A stretch of 51,039 nt of DNA. It comes from a virus. Location of the stretch: the IMG/VR virus record IMGVR_UViG_3300007352_000004. One strand, 5' to 3'. This document shows positions 41,511 to 48,386 of the stretch, one piece after another (the stretch's first letter is position 1; each line of letters begins with the position of its first letter). Below the pieces are notes generated by a model that ran no database searches, was not told where the DNA came from, and saw only the letters and a list, made by a program, of their open reading frames with translations. Position numbers and translations under genes: made by a program.

Positions 41511-41809
41511 AGTTGACCCGCTCCCAGGCGATCCGCCAGATCCTGGACATCGCGCCGTCGACCTGCAACGAAGTCTCGGCGCTGCTGGGTCTGACGTGGC
41601 GCTCCACCCGGCGCGGCCTGGACGTGCTGCTGGCCCACGGCCATGTGGAGGTCGCGGGCGTGATCGACGCGCAAGGGATGCCGCGCCTGTACCGGCTCAC
41701 CCCGAGGGGCCGGGCGGTCCTGAAGGCGCGCGAGAAAGAGCACCGCATGGTGGGCTGGTTCGGGGGCCTGACGCTAAGGCCGCAGGATGTCCTGAGGAGG
41801 AGAGGGTAG
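41507..41809 (+). CDS. winged-helix DNA-binding protein, paralog B
   Basis: The GTG at 41507 overlaps the upstream TGA. LTRSQAIRQILDIAPSTCNEVSALLGLTWRSTRRGLDVLLAHGHVEVAG...LYRLTPRG parallels paralog A. Confidence 0.55.
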   Translation: MKLTRSQAIRQILDIAPSTCNEVSALLGLTWRSTRRGLDVLLAHGHVEVAGVIDAQGMPRLYRLTPRGRAVLKAREKEHRMVGWFGGLTLRPQDVLRRRG

Positions 41810-41814
41810 AAACT

Positions 41815-41967
41815 ATGCCGTGGTCAATCGGAGCAGCAGTCGTCTCGTTGCTGGTGGCTATCTTTGGCGACAGGTTAGCCCCTGGGGGCGACGCCCCACT
41901 GGTCGCGATTTGGTGGATGCTGGGCGCTATTCTATTTTGCCTTTGGAGTAAGACTGAGAATGACTGA
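41815..41967 (+). CDS. 50-aa two-TM peptide
   Basis: MPWSIGAAVVSLLVAIFGD...LVAIWWMLGAILFCLW. Confidence 0.45.
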   Translation: MPWSIGAAVVSLLVAIFGDRLAPGGDAPLVAIWWMLGAILFCLWSKTEND

Positions 41968-42373
41968 CGAACTACGCAAACTCATTCCGCTGCCGCATCT
42001 GGCGCGGTTCAAACAACTATGGGAGGGCATCGAAGTCGACCAAGTGCTCGGCGACCGCGTGCTGGTCCAGGAGGTCGAGCCGTTCACCGACATGGACAAA
42101 TCGACCATCGTGATCCCCGACGAGGTCCGCAAGCGCAATACCCCGGATGCCTGCACCGGGATCGTGCATCAGGTGGGGGACCAATACACGCGCGAGATGG
42201 GGCCCGGCGCTATGGTCCTTTTCGACCAGTTCGCGGGCTCGAAGTTCACCATCGGGAAGGTCAAGTTCCGCGTGCTCGACACGTCCGAGATTGTCTGCAC
42301 TTTGCGGGCCGTGGAAGGCAAGACGATGGGGCAACTCGTGGGGCCCGTGAAGGATGAGGTGCGGCTATGGTGA
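41960..42373 (+). CDS. GroES/Cpn10-like co-chaperonin
   Basis: LGDRVLVQEVEP...STIVIPDEV...TGIVHQVGD...GAMVLFDQFAGSKF...FRVLDTSEIVCTL follows the Cpn10 pattern (l.DRVlV...GI.iP...G.V.avG...Gd.Vlf..y.G......l....dIl). Confidence 0.6.
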   Translation: MTDELRKLIPLPHLARFKQLWEGIEVDQVLGDRVLVQEVEPFTDMDKSTIVIPDEVRKRNTPDACTGIVHQVGDQYTREMGPGAMVLFDQFAGSKFTIGKVKFRVLDTSEIVCTLRAVEGKTMGQLVGPVKDEVRLW

Positions 42374-42621
42374 TGCGACCAAGGAAAAAGCACCGGAAGA
42401 ATAACCCACCTGAGCCAGCGACGACGCAACACGCCTCGCACTGCTCATTCTGTCAAAAGGACCCTTCTCAATGTGGTGTTCTTGCGGTAGTGCCTAATAG
42501 TTCAGCCGCCATTTGCCACGAATGTTGCTTGATATCACTAGATTTGATTATGCGCTATGGCGTAATTGCTCACGAGCAGCCCTGGAAAGATCGCGCGCAA
42601 GGCGCTGGAGGGGAAGGGTAA
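42367..42621 (+). CDS. ClpX-type C4 zinc-finger-only protein, copy 1
   Basis: HCSFCQKDPSQCGVLAVVPNSSAAICHECCLISLDLI matches the ClpX N-terminal zinc-binding domain pattern CSFCGK...ICdECv..C. No ATPase domain follows. The segment is AT-richer. Confidence 0.6.
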   Translation: MVMRPRKKHRKNNPPEPATTQHASHCSFCQKDPSQCGVLAVVPNSSAAICHECCLISLDLIMRYGVIAHEQPWKDRAQGAGGEG

Positions 42622-42797
42622 TGGATTTTCCCGGCAAAATCATCGGTTCCTTGCTGCTGTCCGGCGTGGTGACGGCGGGACTGGCATTCTTTATCGGCAT
42701 CTGCGGTAGCGACAAGGCTTCCAAGACATTGTTCTTGTTGGCGATGATTATGACCCTGGCGTCGGCTGTGGTCCTATTAGTGGATGCATGGCTCTAG
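42621..42797 (+). CDS. 58-aa two-TM membrane protein
   Basis: MDFPGKIIGSLLLSGVVTAGLAFFIGICGSDK...LFLLAMIMTLASAVVLLVDAWL. Its last codons lie inside the 113-bp repeat. Confidence 0.5.
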   Translation: MDFPGKIIGSLLLSGVVTAGLAFFIGICGSDKASKTLFLLAMIMTLASAVVLLVDAWL

Positions 42798-42901
42798 CCC
42801 GATACTGCACCTTTGACTTTGGCGTACTTTCCCGGCTTCGCGCCCTTGGTGGCGACGCCGCCCTTGACGGCCGTGATGGAGTTCGCGGCGGCGTACTTAC
42901 C
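42789..42901. repeat. 113-bp direct repeat, copy 1 (partner at 43790..43902)
   Basis: The copies are identical except at three positions (42803, 42809, 42812). The offset is exactly 1001 bp. Confidence 0.95.
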
Positions 42902-42943
42902 TCTACATGCCGAGTGCGCATCCAGACCACGTTCACCTACGAG

Positions 42944-43159
42944 ATGGATTGGCATGGCCGCCCTGACGATCCCGATGAGGATGGCCAATCACTCGGCGAA
43001 CGCATTGAATTCTGGGCCAACGAGAGTTCGTCGTGCGCCGACAATCTTGTGGATGCGCTCGTGCTCTACGTGCGCCAATTGGACGCGGCTGGTGGGTGTA
43101 TGTGCGCCCTCGCTGATACGAAATTCATCGAGACCGTGGGACCCGTGAAGGAGGAATAA
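42944..43159 (+). CDS. hypothetical acidic protein
   Basis: An in-frame ATG at 42944 gives MDWHGRPDDPDEDGQSLGERIEFWANESSSCADNLVDALVLY... The upstream part of ORF 42788..43159 lies in the repeat. Confidence 0.5.
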   Translation: MDWHGRPDDPDEDGQSLGERIEFWANESSSCADNLVDALVLYVRQLDAAGGCMCALADTKFIETVGPVKEE

Positions 43160-43162
43160 GCC

Positions 43163-43384
43163 ATGGCCACACTCGAAACAGTGCCGCAACCAACCGACGA
43201 GCGGTGTTCGTTCTGCGAGATACTTCCCAGGGACGTACTTATTAGGTCGCCAGACAAATCGGCCTATATTTGCGCCGAGTGCGTTGTGGCGTGCGTTGGG
43301 TTGGTTATCGGTGACCTGCGGCTTAAAGCGGATCGCGAGAAATGGGCCGGTCGTGCCGCAATGATTCGAGACATGTACCCCTAG
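43163..43384 (+). CDS. ClpX-type C4 zinc-finger-only protein, copy 2
   Basis: RCSFCEILPRDVLIRSPDKSAYICAECVVACVGLVI is a very close match to the ClpX ZBD pattern. 73 aa with no ATPase domain. Confidence 0.65.
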   Translation: MATLETVPQPTDERCSFCEILPRDVLIRSPDKSAYICAECVVACVGLVIGDLRLKADREKWAGRAAMIRDMYP

Positions 43385-43411
43385 CCCGAAGATGCACCGG
43401 GCCTGTCAAAG

Positions 43412-43798
43412 ATGAAGGATAATCACACCATGAAAGTCATACCGCTTGAACCGGGGCTGCGCGACAGCCTCGGCGTGATGGAAGAGAAGCGCAAGGCGCT
43501 GAAGGCGGAAGCAGATGCCAAGTTCAAAGAATGGCAGGCGCTCACCGAGCAGTTGGACGCCGCGGCCAAGATGCGCCGCGAACTGTTGAATGGTGCGGCG
43601 GGCGTGAAGGATTCCGGCGAATCCGTTGAACTCAGCGATGACGGCGCGTACATCGTTGTGCGGGAGCACGTCGTTGGCCTCTACGACCACCAACAATCGT
43701 TGGCACCCCTGTACGGCCAGCAGCAAGCGGCATTGGGGAACATGCAAGGTGGGCTACTGGGGTCTGCGCTGGGAGCGCTCAGGCCGCCCTGGCTCTAG
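43412..43798 (+). CDS. hypothetical coiled-coil protein
   Basis: 128 aa. It is the last gene of the rightward early operon, and its stop lies in repeat copy 2. Confidence 0.55.
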   Translation: MKDNHTMKVIPLEPGLRDSLGVMEEKRKALKAEADAKFKEWQALTEQLDAAAKMRRELLNGAAGVKDSGESVELSDDGAYIVVREHVVGLYDHQQSLAPLYGQQQAALGNMQGGLLGSALGALRPPWL

Positions 43799-43902
43799 CC
43801 CGAAACTGCGCCCTTGACTTTGGCGTACTTTCCCGGCTTCGCGCCCTTGGTGGCGACGCCGCCCTTGACGGCCGTGATGGAGTTCGCGGCGGCGTACTTA
43901 CC
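43790..43902. repeat. 113-bp direct repeat, copy 2
   Basis: See copy 1. This copy encodes the C-terminal 35 codons of the minus-strand gene 43795..43983. Confidence 0.95.
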
Positions 43903-43983
43903 CATCGGCGGAATCACGGCATTGTGGATCTTGCCCGAGCCGACTTGCCCGTTGCCGCGTGTCTGTTTGTGTGCTCTGCCCAT
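43795..43983 (-). CDS. small Lys/Gly/Ala-rich basic protein (last gene of the late operon)
   Basis: 62 aa with an AGGAG SD 8-12 nt before the ATG at 43983. The C-terminus is GKYAAANSITAVKGGVATKGAKPGKYAKVKGAVSG. Confidence 0.55.
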   Translation of the reverse strand: MGRAHKQTRGNGQVGSGKIHNAVIPPMGKYAAANSITAVKGGVATKGAKPGKYAKVKGAVSG

Positions 43984-44086
43984 TGGTGGTCTCCTGTTCT
44001 GGTGAGTTTTTGAATAGCCAATCCCAATCCGGCCCGCTCTGCCGGTTGAGATCCGCAGGCGACGGGTGGATGCCTTGATCGTTCAT
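43898..44086 (-). CDS. possible small ORF coupled to the 964-aa gene (overlaps 43795..43983 in another frame)
   Basis: ATGA overlap with the upstream stop. The N-terminal part MNDQGIHPSPADLNRQSGPDWDWLFKNSPEQ is protein-like, and the rest is low-complexity. Confidence 0.25.
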   Translation of the reverse strand: MNDQGIHPSPADLNRQSGPDWDWLFKNSPEQETTNGQSTQTDTRQRASRLGQDPQCRDSADG

Positions 44087-46977
44087 CGAAAGTCCTGGAA
44101 TCCGGCTTGGCCCATCATCTCTTTCAGTTTAGCAATGCGTTGCCGGGGATCGGGGATCCTGAGCGCCTTGTTGATCTGGCCCCGCTTGGCCGTGATGGCC
44201 CGCGACAGCAGCGCGTGACGGCCATAGCGATCCGCCTTCTGGTACTCCTCGCTGGCGATCACGCCCTGCATGGCGATATGGATCTGCGAACCCGTCAGGG
44301 CCTCGCGGGCGCGAAACTCATAGTCGCTCTCCCAGGGGTTCTTGCGCGGGTCCCCCAGGCCGACGCGGTTTTGGACCAGCTCGCGGGTCACCGGGTCGGT
44401 GTCTTCGATGGCGGGCGCTCCGATGCCGGGGTTGATGAACGCCTGCGGGGTGTTACGCTGAATCCGCCCGAAGTTGTCGCGCCTGGGCGGCAGGGCGGTA
44501 CGCACTCCGGGGATCCGCTCCATCGCGGACGCCATCGGCCCCTGGGCGCGGGTCTCGCGCCGGGAGGGGTCGAGCAGGCGTCCCACGTCGGCCACGGCTG
44601 TCGGGACGAAGCTGCCGATCATGCGCTGCCCCATCTTCTCGAAGGATTTGCCTGACCGCGCGGCTTCGGTGATATCCTCCATGCCGGTCAGCATGGGTTG
44701 TTCCTTGACGCTGCGCAGCCCTGACGACAGCGCGGCCGCGCCCAACTCGAACGGCTTTTTGGGGTTGGTGAATTCCTCGTACATGTGGGCCCCAGAGACC
44801 ATCAGGTTGCCGCCAGGCGACAGCGCTCCGACCTGGTGCCAGCGCCCGCCGATCTTGATCGCCCCAGGGAGCCGGTTGGCGGCTTCCATGGTGCCCCGGT
44901 CGGAGGGCAACTCCGGCGACATACCGGTCATGTGGCCCGATTCGGCGAGCTTCCAGCCCGCGTACATCAGGGCCGGGCCAACCATGCCGCGCCCAATCAT
45001 CTCCGAGATGCGCTTCTGCTGCGCGGGCGTGAATGTCTTGGTGACGGCTTTGGTCGCGGCGGCGCGCACCAGCCCTACCGGTGCCCCCACGGCATACTCC
45101 ATCACGCGGCTGACGATGGCTGAGGGGGTGCTGGTGAACGGCAGAACCATGTCGAACAAGCCCTGCCCCCAGCGCCCGGTCGCACGCCAGGCTTTCTGGG
45201 CAGCGTCGGGCAATTGCGAGGGCGGCACGGCCAAGGCGTTGCGGAAACCCTTGAGGCCCTGCCCCAGCATAGTCTTGTTGGCGAACACCGCGAATTCGGA
45301 ATGAGCGGCGGCGTTGGCCAACATCTCTTCACTGGGGGCCTTGGCCAGTTGCGCGGCCCGCTTACCGATTGCCGCCGCCCCGAGCTTTCCGGCCCGCTTC
45401 TCGTTGATGGCGAGCACGCGGGCTTGGTCTTCGAGCGAACGCCGCAAGGCATAAGCACGAAACGGCGCGTCCATCGCGCCCTGGGCGCGCCTGACCTTGT
45501 TGACGTAGGTGTTGAGCCACTCGTGCTTGGTCATCAACTCGCGGGGGAAATCGAATTTCTCGAGTTGCTGGGCCTTCGCGCCGTGCTTCCAGATCTGTTT
45601 AGCTTCCGGGAACCCCTTGGCCCCCATATCCCAGAGCGACCGTCCCACGGCCCGCAAGTCAGGCCCAGCGACGGTACGCCGGCCAGTGAACCCGCTGAGC
45701 ACGATATCGGCCATGGATGCCGGTATTTTGGCAAACTCTTCCAGCGCCATCACCGTAGTGTTGCCACCGAGGTTGCGCCCGGCGTTTTTCAGTCCCGTCA
45801 GCAGCCCGGCTTGGCGAATCGCCGAGACGATCTCCGGAGCACTCGGCCTGGCGATCCTGAGCATCGACTTGTTGAGGTCTTCGAGCATCGCCATGTATTT
45901 GGCGGTGTCGCCGGAATCCCGTGCGGCGCGGGCCTCGGCGAGGGTGCGGGCCAGATCGGTGTACTGGTCGCTGTCGATGTGGCGGCCCGGCGCGAGGCGC
46001 TTGGCGCGGTTGATCCAGTAAGCGTCGTCGAGCGAACGCTTGGCCATCATCTGGTGCATCTGCAAAAAGCGCCCGTGAGACGAGCCGGTCTTGGCGATCC
46101 AGTCCAGGTATCCGGTGGCGTCCTTTTCGAGCGCCGCGATCGTGTTCTGAATGGCGTATTTCTCGGCGTCGGGGATGGCGGTGTCGAGCTTCTTGGACAG
46201 GTTCAGGATCGTGCCATTGAGTTCGCTGATGCGATTCATGGCCTCGCTGAACACGGCCTGGTGCTTAAGGGGGTCCGATTGCAGTCCTTTGACGGCACGC
46301 TGGACCACGCCCTCCGGCAACTGATCGGCGGCGGCCCGGATCATCTCGTGGGTGACGGGCTCCTGAGGCAGCAGCGGGGTCGTCTCGGACCACTTCGCCA
46401 GGAAATCGTCCCAATGGGTTTTCTCGGCGTCGGAGAGAAAGTCGAGTTTGCCGCGGATGTCGGCCCGCCGCAGCAGGCGCTCGGTGAGTTTGCCCGGCTT
46501 GCCCTTGCCAAGGAACGGCTTTGCTGCCTTCGCCATGCCAACCATTGGCATGACGCCCAGAAAGTCAGAGATGTCCGGCTGGTAGAGCGATTGCGCGAAC
46601 TCCTGCCCCATCTCCTCGGCTTTTCCCAAAGGACGTGGCGGGTGCGGCTTTGTCGGCGGCTGTTGGCCACGCAACCATTCCGCCATGGCGTTTGGTGGGT
46701 TGCGCGCCGTAAGGTTGGGCAACTGCGGTGGGCGCTCAGCGATTGGTGCTGGCGCGGGGTATTTTTCCTGAATCTGCGCCGGGATGTAACGCTCGCGATA
46801 CTTGGGTTGCGCCATGCCCAAGTACGGTCCCGTTTCTCGGGGTTCTTGGGGTGGTGGTAATTTCGGGCGCAAGTCCACGCTTGGGGCGGGCTCCCCGACT
46901 ATTGGCCCTAGCAACCGCGCAATCAAGTCGCGGATGTATGGCTCCAGCGGGTTCGGCTTCTGGGGGATGACGGCCAT
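44083..46977 (-). CDS. very large virion protein (internal core / DNA-ejection protein candidate)
   Basis: 964 aa with a Pro-rich N-terminus and a long helical body. It is the last large gene of the late operon, in the position of T7 gp15/gp16-type proteins. No enzymatic motif recognised. Confidence 0.55.
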   Translation of the reverse strand: MAVIPQKPNPLEPYIRDLIARLLGPIVGEPAPSVDLRPKLPPPQEPRETGPYLGMAQPKYRERYIPAQIQEKYPAPAPIAERPPQLPNLTARNPPNAMAEWLRGQQPPTKPHPPRPLGKAEEMGQEFAQSLYQPDISDFLGVMPMVGMAKAAKPFLGKGKPGKLTERLLRRADIRGKLDFLSDAEKTHWDDFLAKWSETTPLLPQEPVTHEMIRAAADQLPEGVVQRAVKGLQSDPLKHQAVFSEAMNRISELNGTILNLSKKLDTAIPDAEKYAIQNTIAALEKDATGYLDWIAKTGSSHGRFLQMHQMMAKRSLDDAYWINRAKRLAPGRHIDSDQYTDLARTLAEARAARDSGDTAKYMAMLEDLNKSMLRIARPSAPEIVSAIRQAGLLTGLKNAGRNLGGNTTVMALEEFAKIPASMADIVLSGFTGRRTVAGPDLRAVGRSLWDMGAKGFPEAKQIWKHGAKAQQLEKFDFPRELMTKHEWLNTYVNKVRRAQGAMDAPFRAYALRRSLEDQARVLAINEKRAGKLGAAAIGKRAAQLAKAPSEEMLANAAAHSEFAVFANKTMLGQGLKGFRNALAVPPSQLPDAAQKAWRATGRWGQGLFDMVLPFTSTPSAIVSRVMEYAVGAPVGLVRAAATKAVTKTFTPAQQKRISEMIGRGMVGPALMYAGWKLAESGHMTGMSPELPSDRGTMEAANRLPGAIKIGGRWHQVGALSPGGNLMVSGAHMYEEFTNPKKPFELGAAALSSGLRSVKEQPMLTGMEDITEAARSGKSFEKMGQRMIGSFVPTAVADVGRLLDPSRRETRAQGPMASAMERIPGVRTALPPRRDNFGRIQRNTPQAFINPGIGAPAIEDTDPVTRELVQNRVGLGDPRKNPWESDYEFRAREALTGSQIHIAMQGVIASEEYQKADRYGRHALLSRAITAKRGQINKALRIPDPRQRIAKLKEMMGQAGFQDFR

Positions 46978-48377
46978 TATTCGTTGATGTTATCCGAACT
47001 CCCCATGGTGTTGACGTTGACTTCCACCTTGGGACCTTCCAGCGCCTTGATGGCCTTCTCCAACGGAATCAGGTTCGCCCGGATCTTCGTCGACCCCTTG
47101 GCGATCTTGTTCAGGGCGTCGATAGCCCGCTTGGGGTCGCCCTGCATTTCCGACAGGATCGAACTGGCGGTGTAGCTGACCCAATCCTTATCCTGCTTGC
47201 GCCCCTCTTCGGTCTCGGCCCTGCCCTCGGCCCGGATTTGTCGGCCCTCACTGCGGGCGGCGCGGGCTTCCGCCGATTCCGCCCGGTCTTCAGCCGCTTT
47301 CTCAACCGACGGCCCCATCTTGTCGATCAGGGCGTCGAGCGCTCCGTAATTCTCGGTCACGTCATAGAGGGCCGCAAACTCCAACTGCTGCGTCGCCGCG
47401 CCGGGGAAGCGCGCGCGCCAGTAGTCGATGCGCTTCTTTTTCTCTTGCGCTGTTTCTTTTTCCGAGTCATCGGGCAGCCGCAGATCGACATCGGTGTCGC
47501 CTGCCAGGATGGCGTCGACCGCCGTTAGGGCCTCTTCAGCCGGGATGCCTTTCAGGATGAACGGCGTCGCGAGCTTGACGCGCTCCTTGGGGTCGAGCGC
47601 CACCTTCATGGGAAACAGCCGATCCCGAGCCTCCTGCTCGGTAATTTTGAACATGCGGGCGGCGCGGAAAATCTGGTGCTCCGGGAGGTCTCCGATGTCG
47701 CCGTTGTCCTGCATCTTTTGCAGCATCGAAATCTTGGCGACGTCTTCATTCCACTCCGGCGAACCGACCGGCTTGGTCATCACGCCCGCCATGGCCCGGT
47801 CGCGCATCTGCTCCATCTGGAGCTTCTGCTGTGCGCCGCCCTGCATCTGCTGCAAGGCTTGCATGATTGGAGCGTCCATCGGGACATCCGGGGTCGGGGG
47901 CGGCACCAGCGTGTTCTGAATCCAGCGGCCCATGCGTTGCAGGGGATTGCCCTGGGGTTGCTGGCCCATCGGGGGAGCGCCCATCCCAGGTTGTCCAGGG
48001 GGCGGCATCGCGCCGGGCTGGCCTTGCGGCTGTTGGGGCTGCCGGGGGCTGTCGTAGTCAAAGTTCAATCCCGCCTTGCGGGCGTCGCGGGCGGCCTTCT
48101 GCATGTCGATCGGGAGCCCCAGTTGGGCCATCTGGACGGCTTCCAGGAATCGCTGCTTGGCAGCCTGCTTCTCCTCATCGCGCACGCCCTTAAAGTTGTC
48201 GACGAATTGGTTGATGCCCTCGACAACCTGATTCGCCACTGGCGTCTGGTACGGCATCGCGCCCTGGGGCGGAGGCATCCCGCCGCCGTGGTAGAACCCG
48301 CGTGCGCCGAGGCCGCGCTGCGGCTGCGCGCCGGTGTAGCCTGGGATTTGCATTGGAGCTGGCAGGAACCCACCCAT
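46977..48377 (-). CDS. Gln/Pro/Met-rich virion protein (internal or ejection protein candidate)
   Basis: 466 aa with an AGGAGG SD. The N-terminal third is low-complexity (PQQPQGQPGAMPPPGQPGMGAPPMGQQPQG). Confidence 0.55.
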   Translation of the reverse strand: MGGFLPAPMQIPGYTGAQPQRGLGARGFYHGGGMPPPQGAMPYQTPVANQVVEGINQFVDNFKGVRDEEKQAAKQRFLEAVQMAQLGLPIDMQKAARDARKAGLNFDYDSPRQPQQPQGQPGAMPPPGQPGMGAPPMGQQPQGNPLQRMGRWIQNTLVPPPTPDVPMDAPIMQALQQMQGGAQQKLQMEQMRDRAMAGVMTKPVGSPEWNEDVAKISMLQKMQDNGDIGDLPEHQIFRAARMFKITEQEARDRLFPMKVALDPKERVKLATPFILKGIPAEEALTAVDAILAGDTDVDLRLPDDSEKETAQEKKKRIDYWRARFPGAATQQLEFAALYDVTENYGALDALIDKMGPSVEKAAEDRAESAEARAARSEGRQIRAEGRAETEEGRKQDKDWVSYTASSILSEMQGDPKRAIDALNKIAKGSTKIRANLIPLEKAIKALEGPKVEVNVNTMGSSDNINE

Positions 48378-48386
48378 AAAGACCTC

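Noticed and set aside
45214-46860. 548-aa plus-strand ORF opposite the 964-aa gene (also 44107..44655 and 44474..45304)
   Set aside because: It has a Gly/Arg/Leu/Pro-rich shadow composition. The minus-strand frame is continuous, coupled to its neighbours, and protein-like.
44083-46977. The 964-aa protein as a tape measure protein (siphovirus or myovirus interpretation)
   Set aside because: No tail tube, sheath, assembly-chaperone frameshift pair or baseplate genes accompany it. Its position after adaptor/tail-like and other large low-complexity proteins fits podovirus internal proteins better. This is a low-certainty call.
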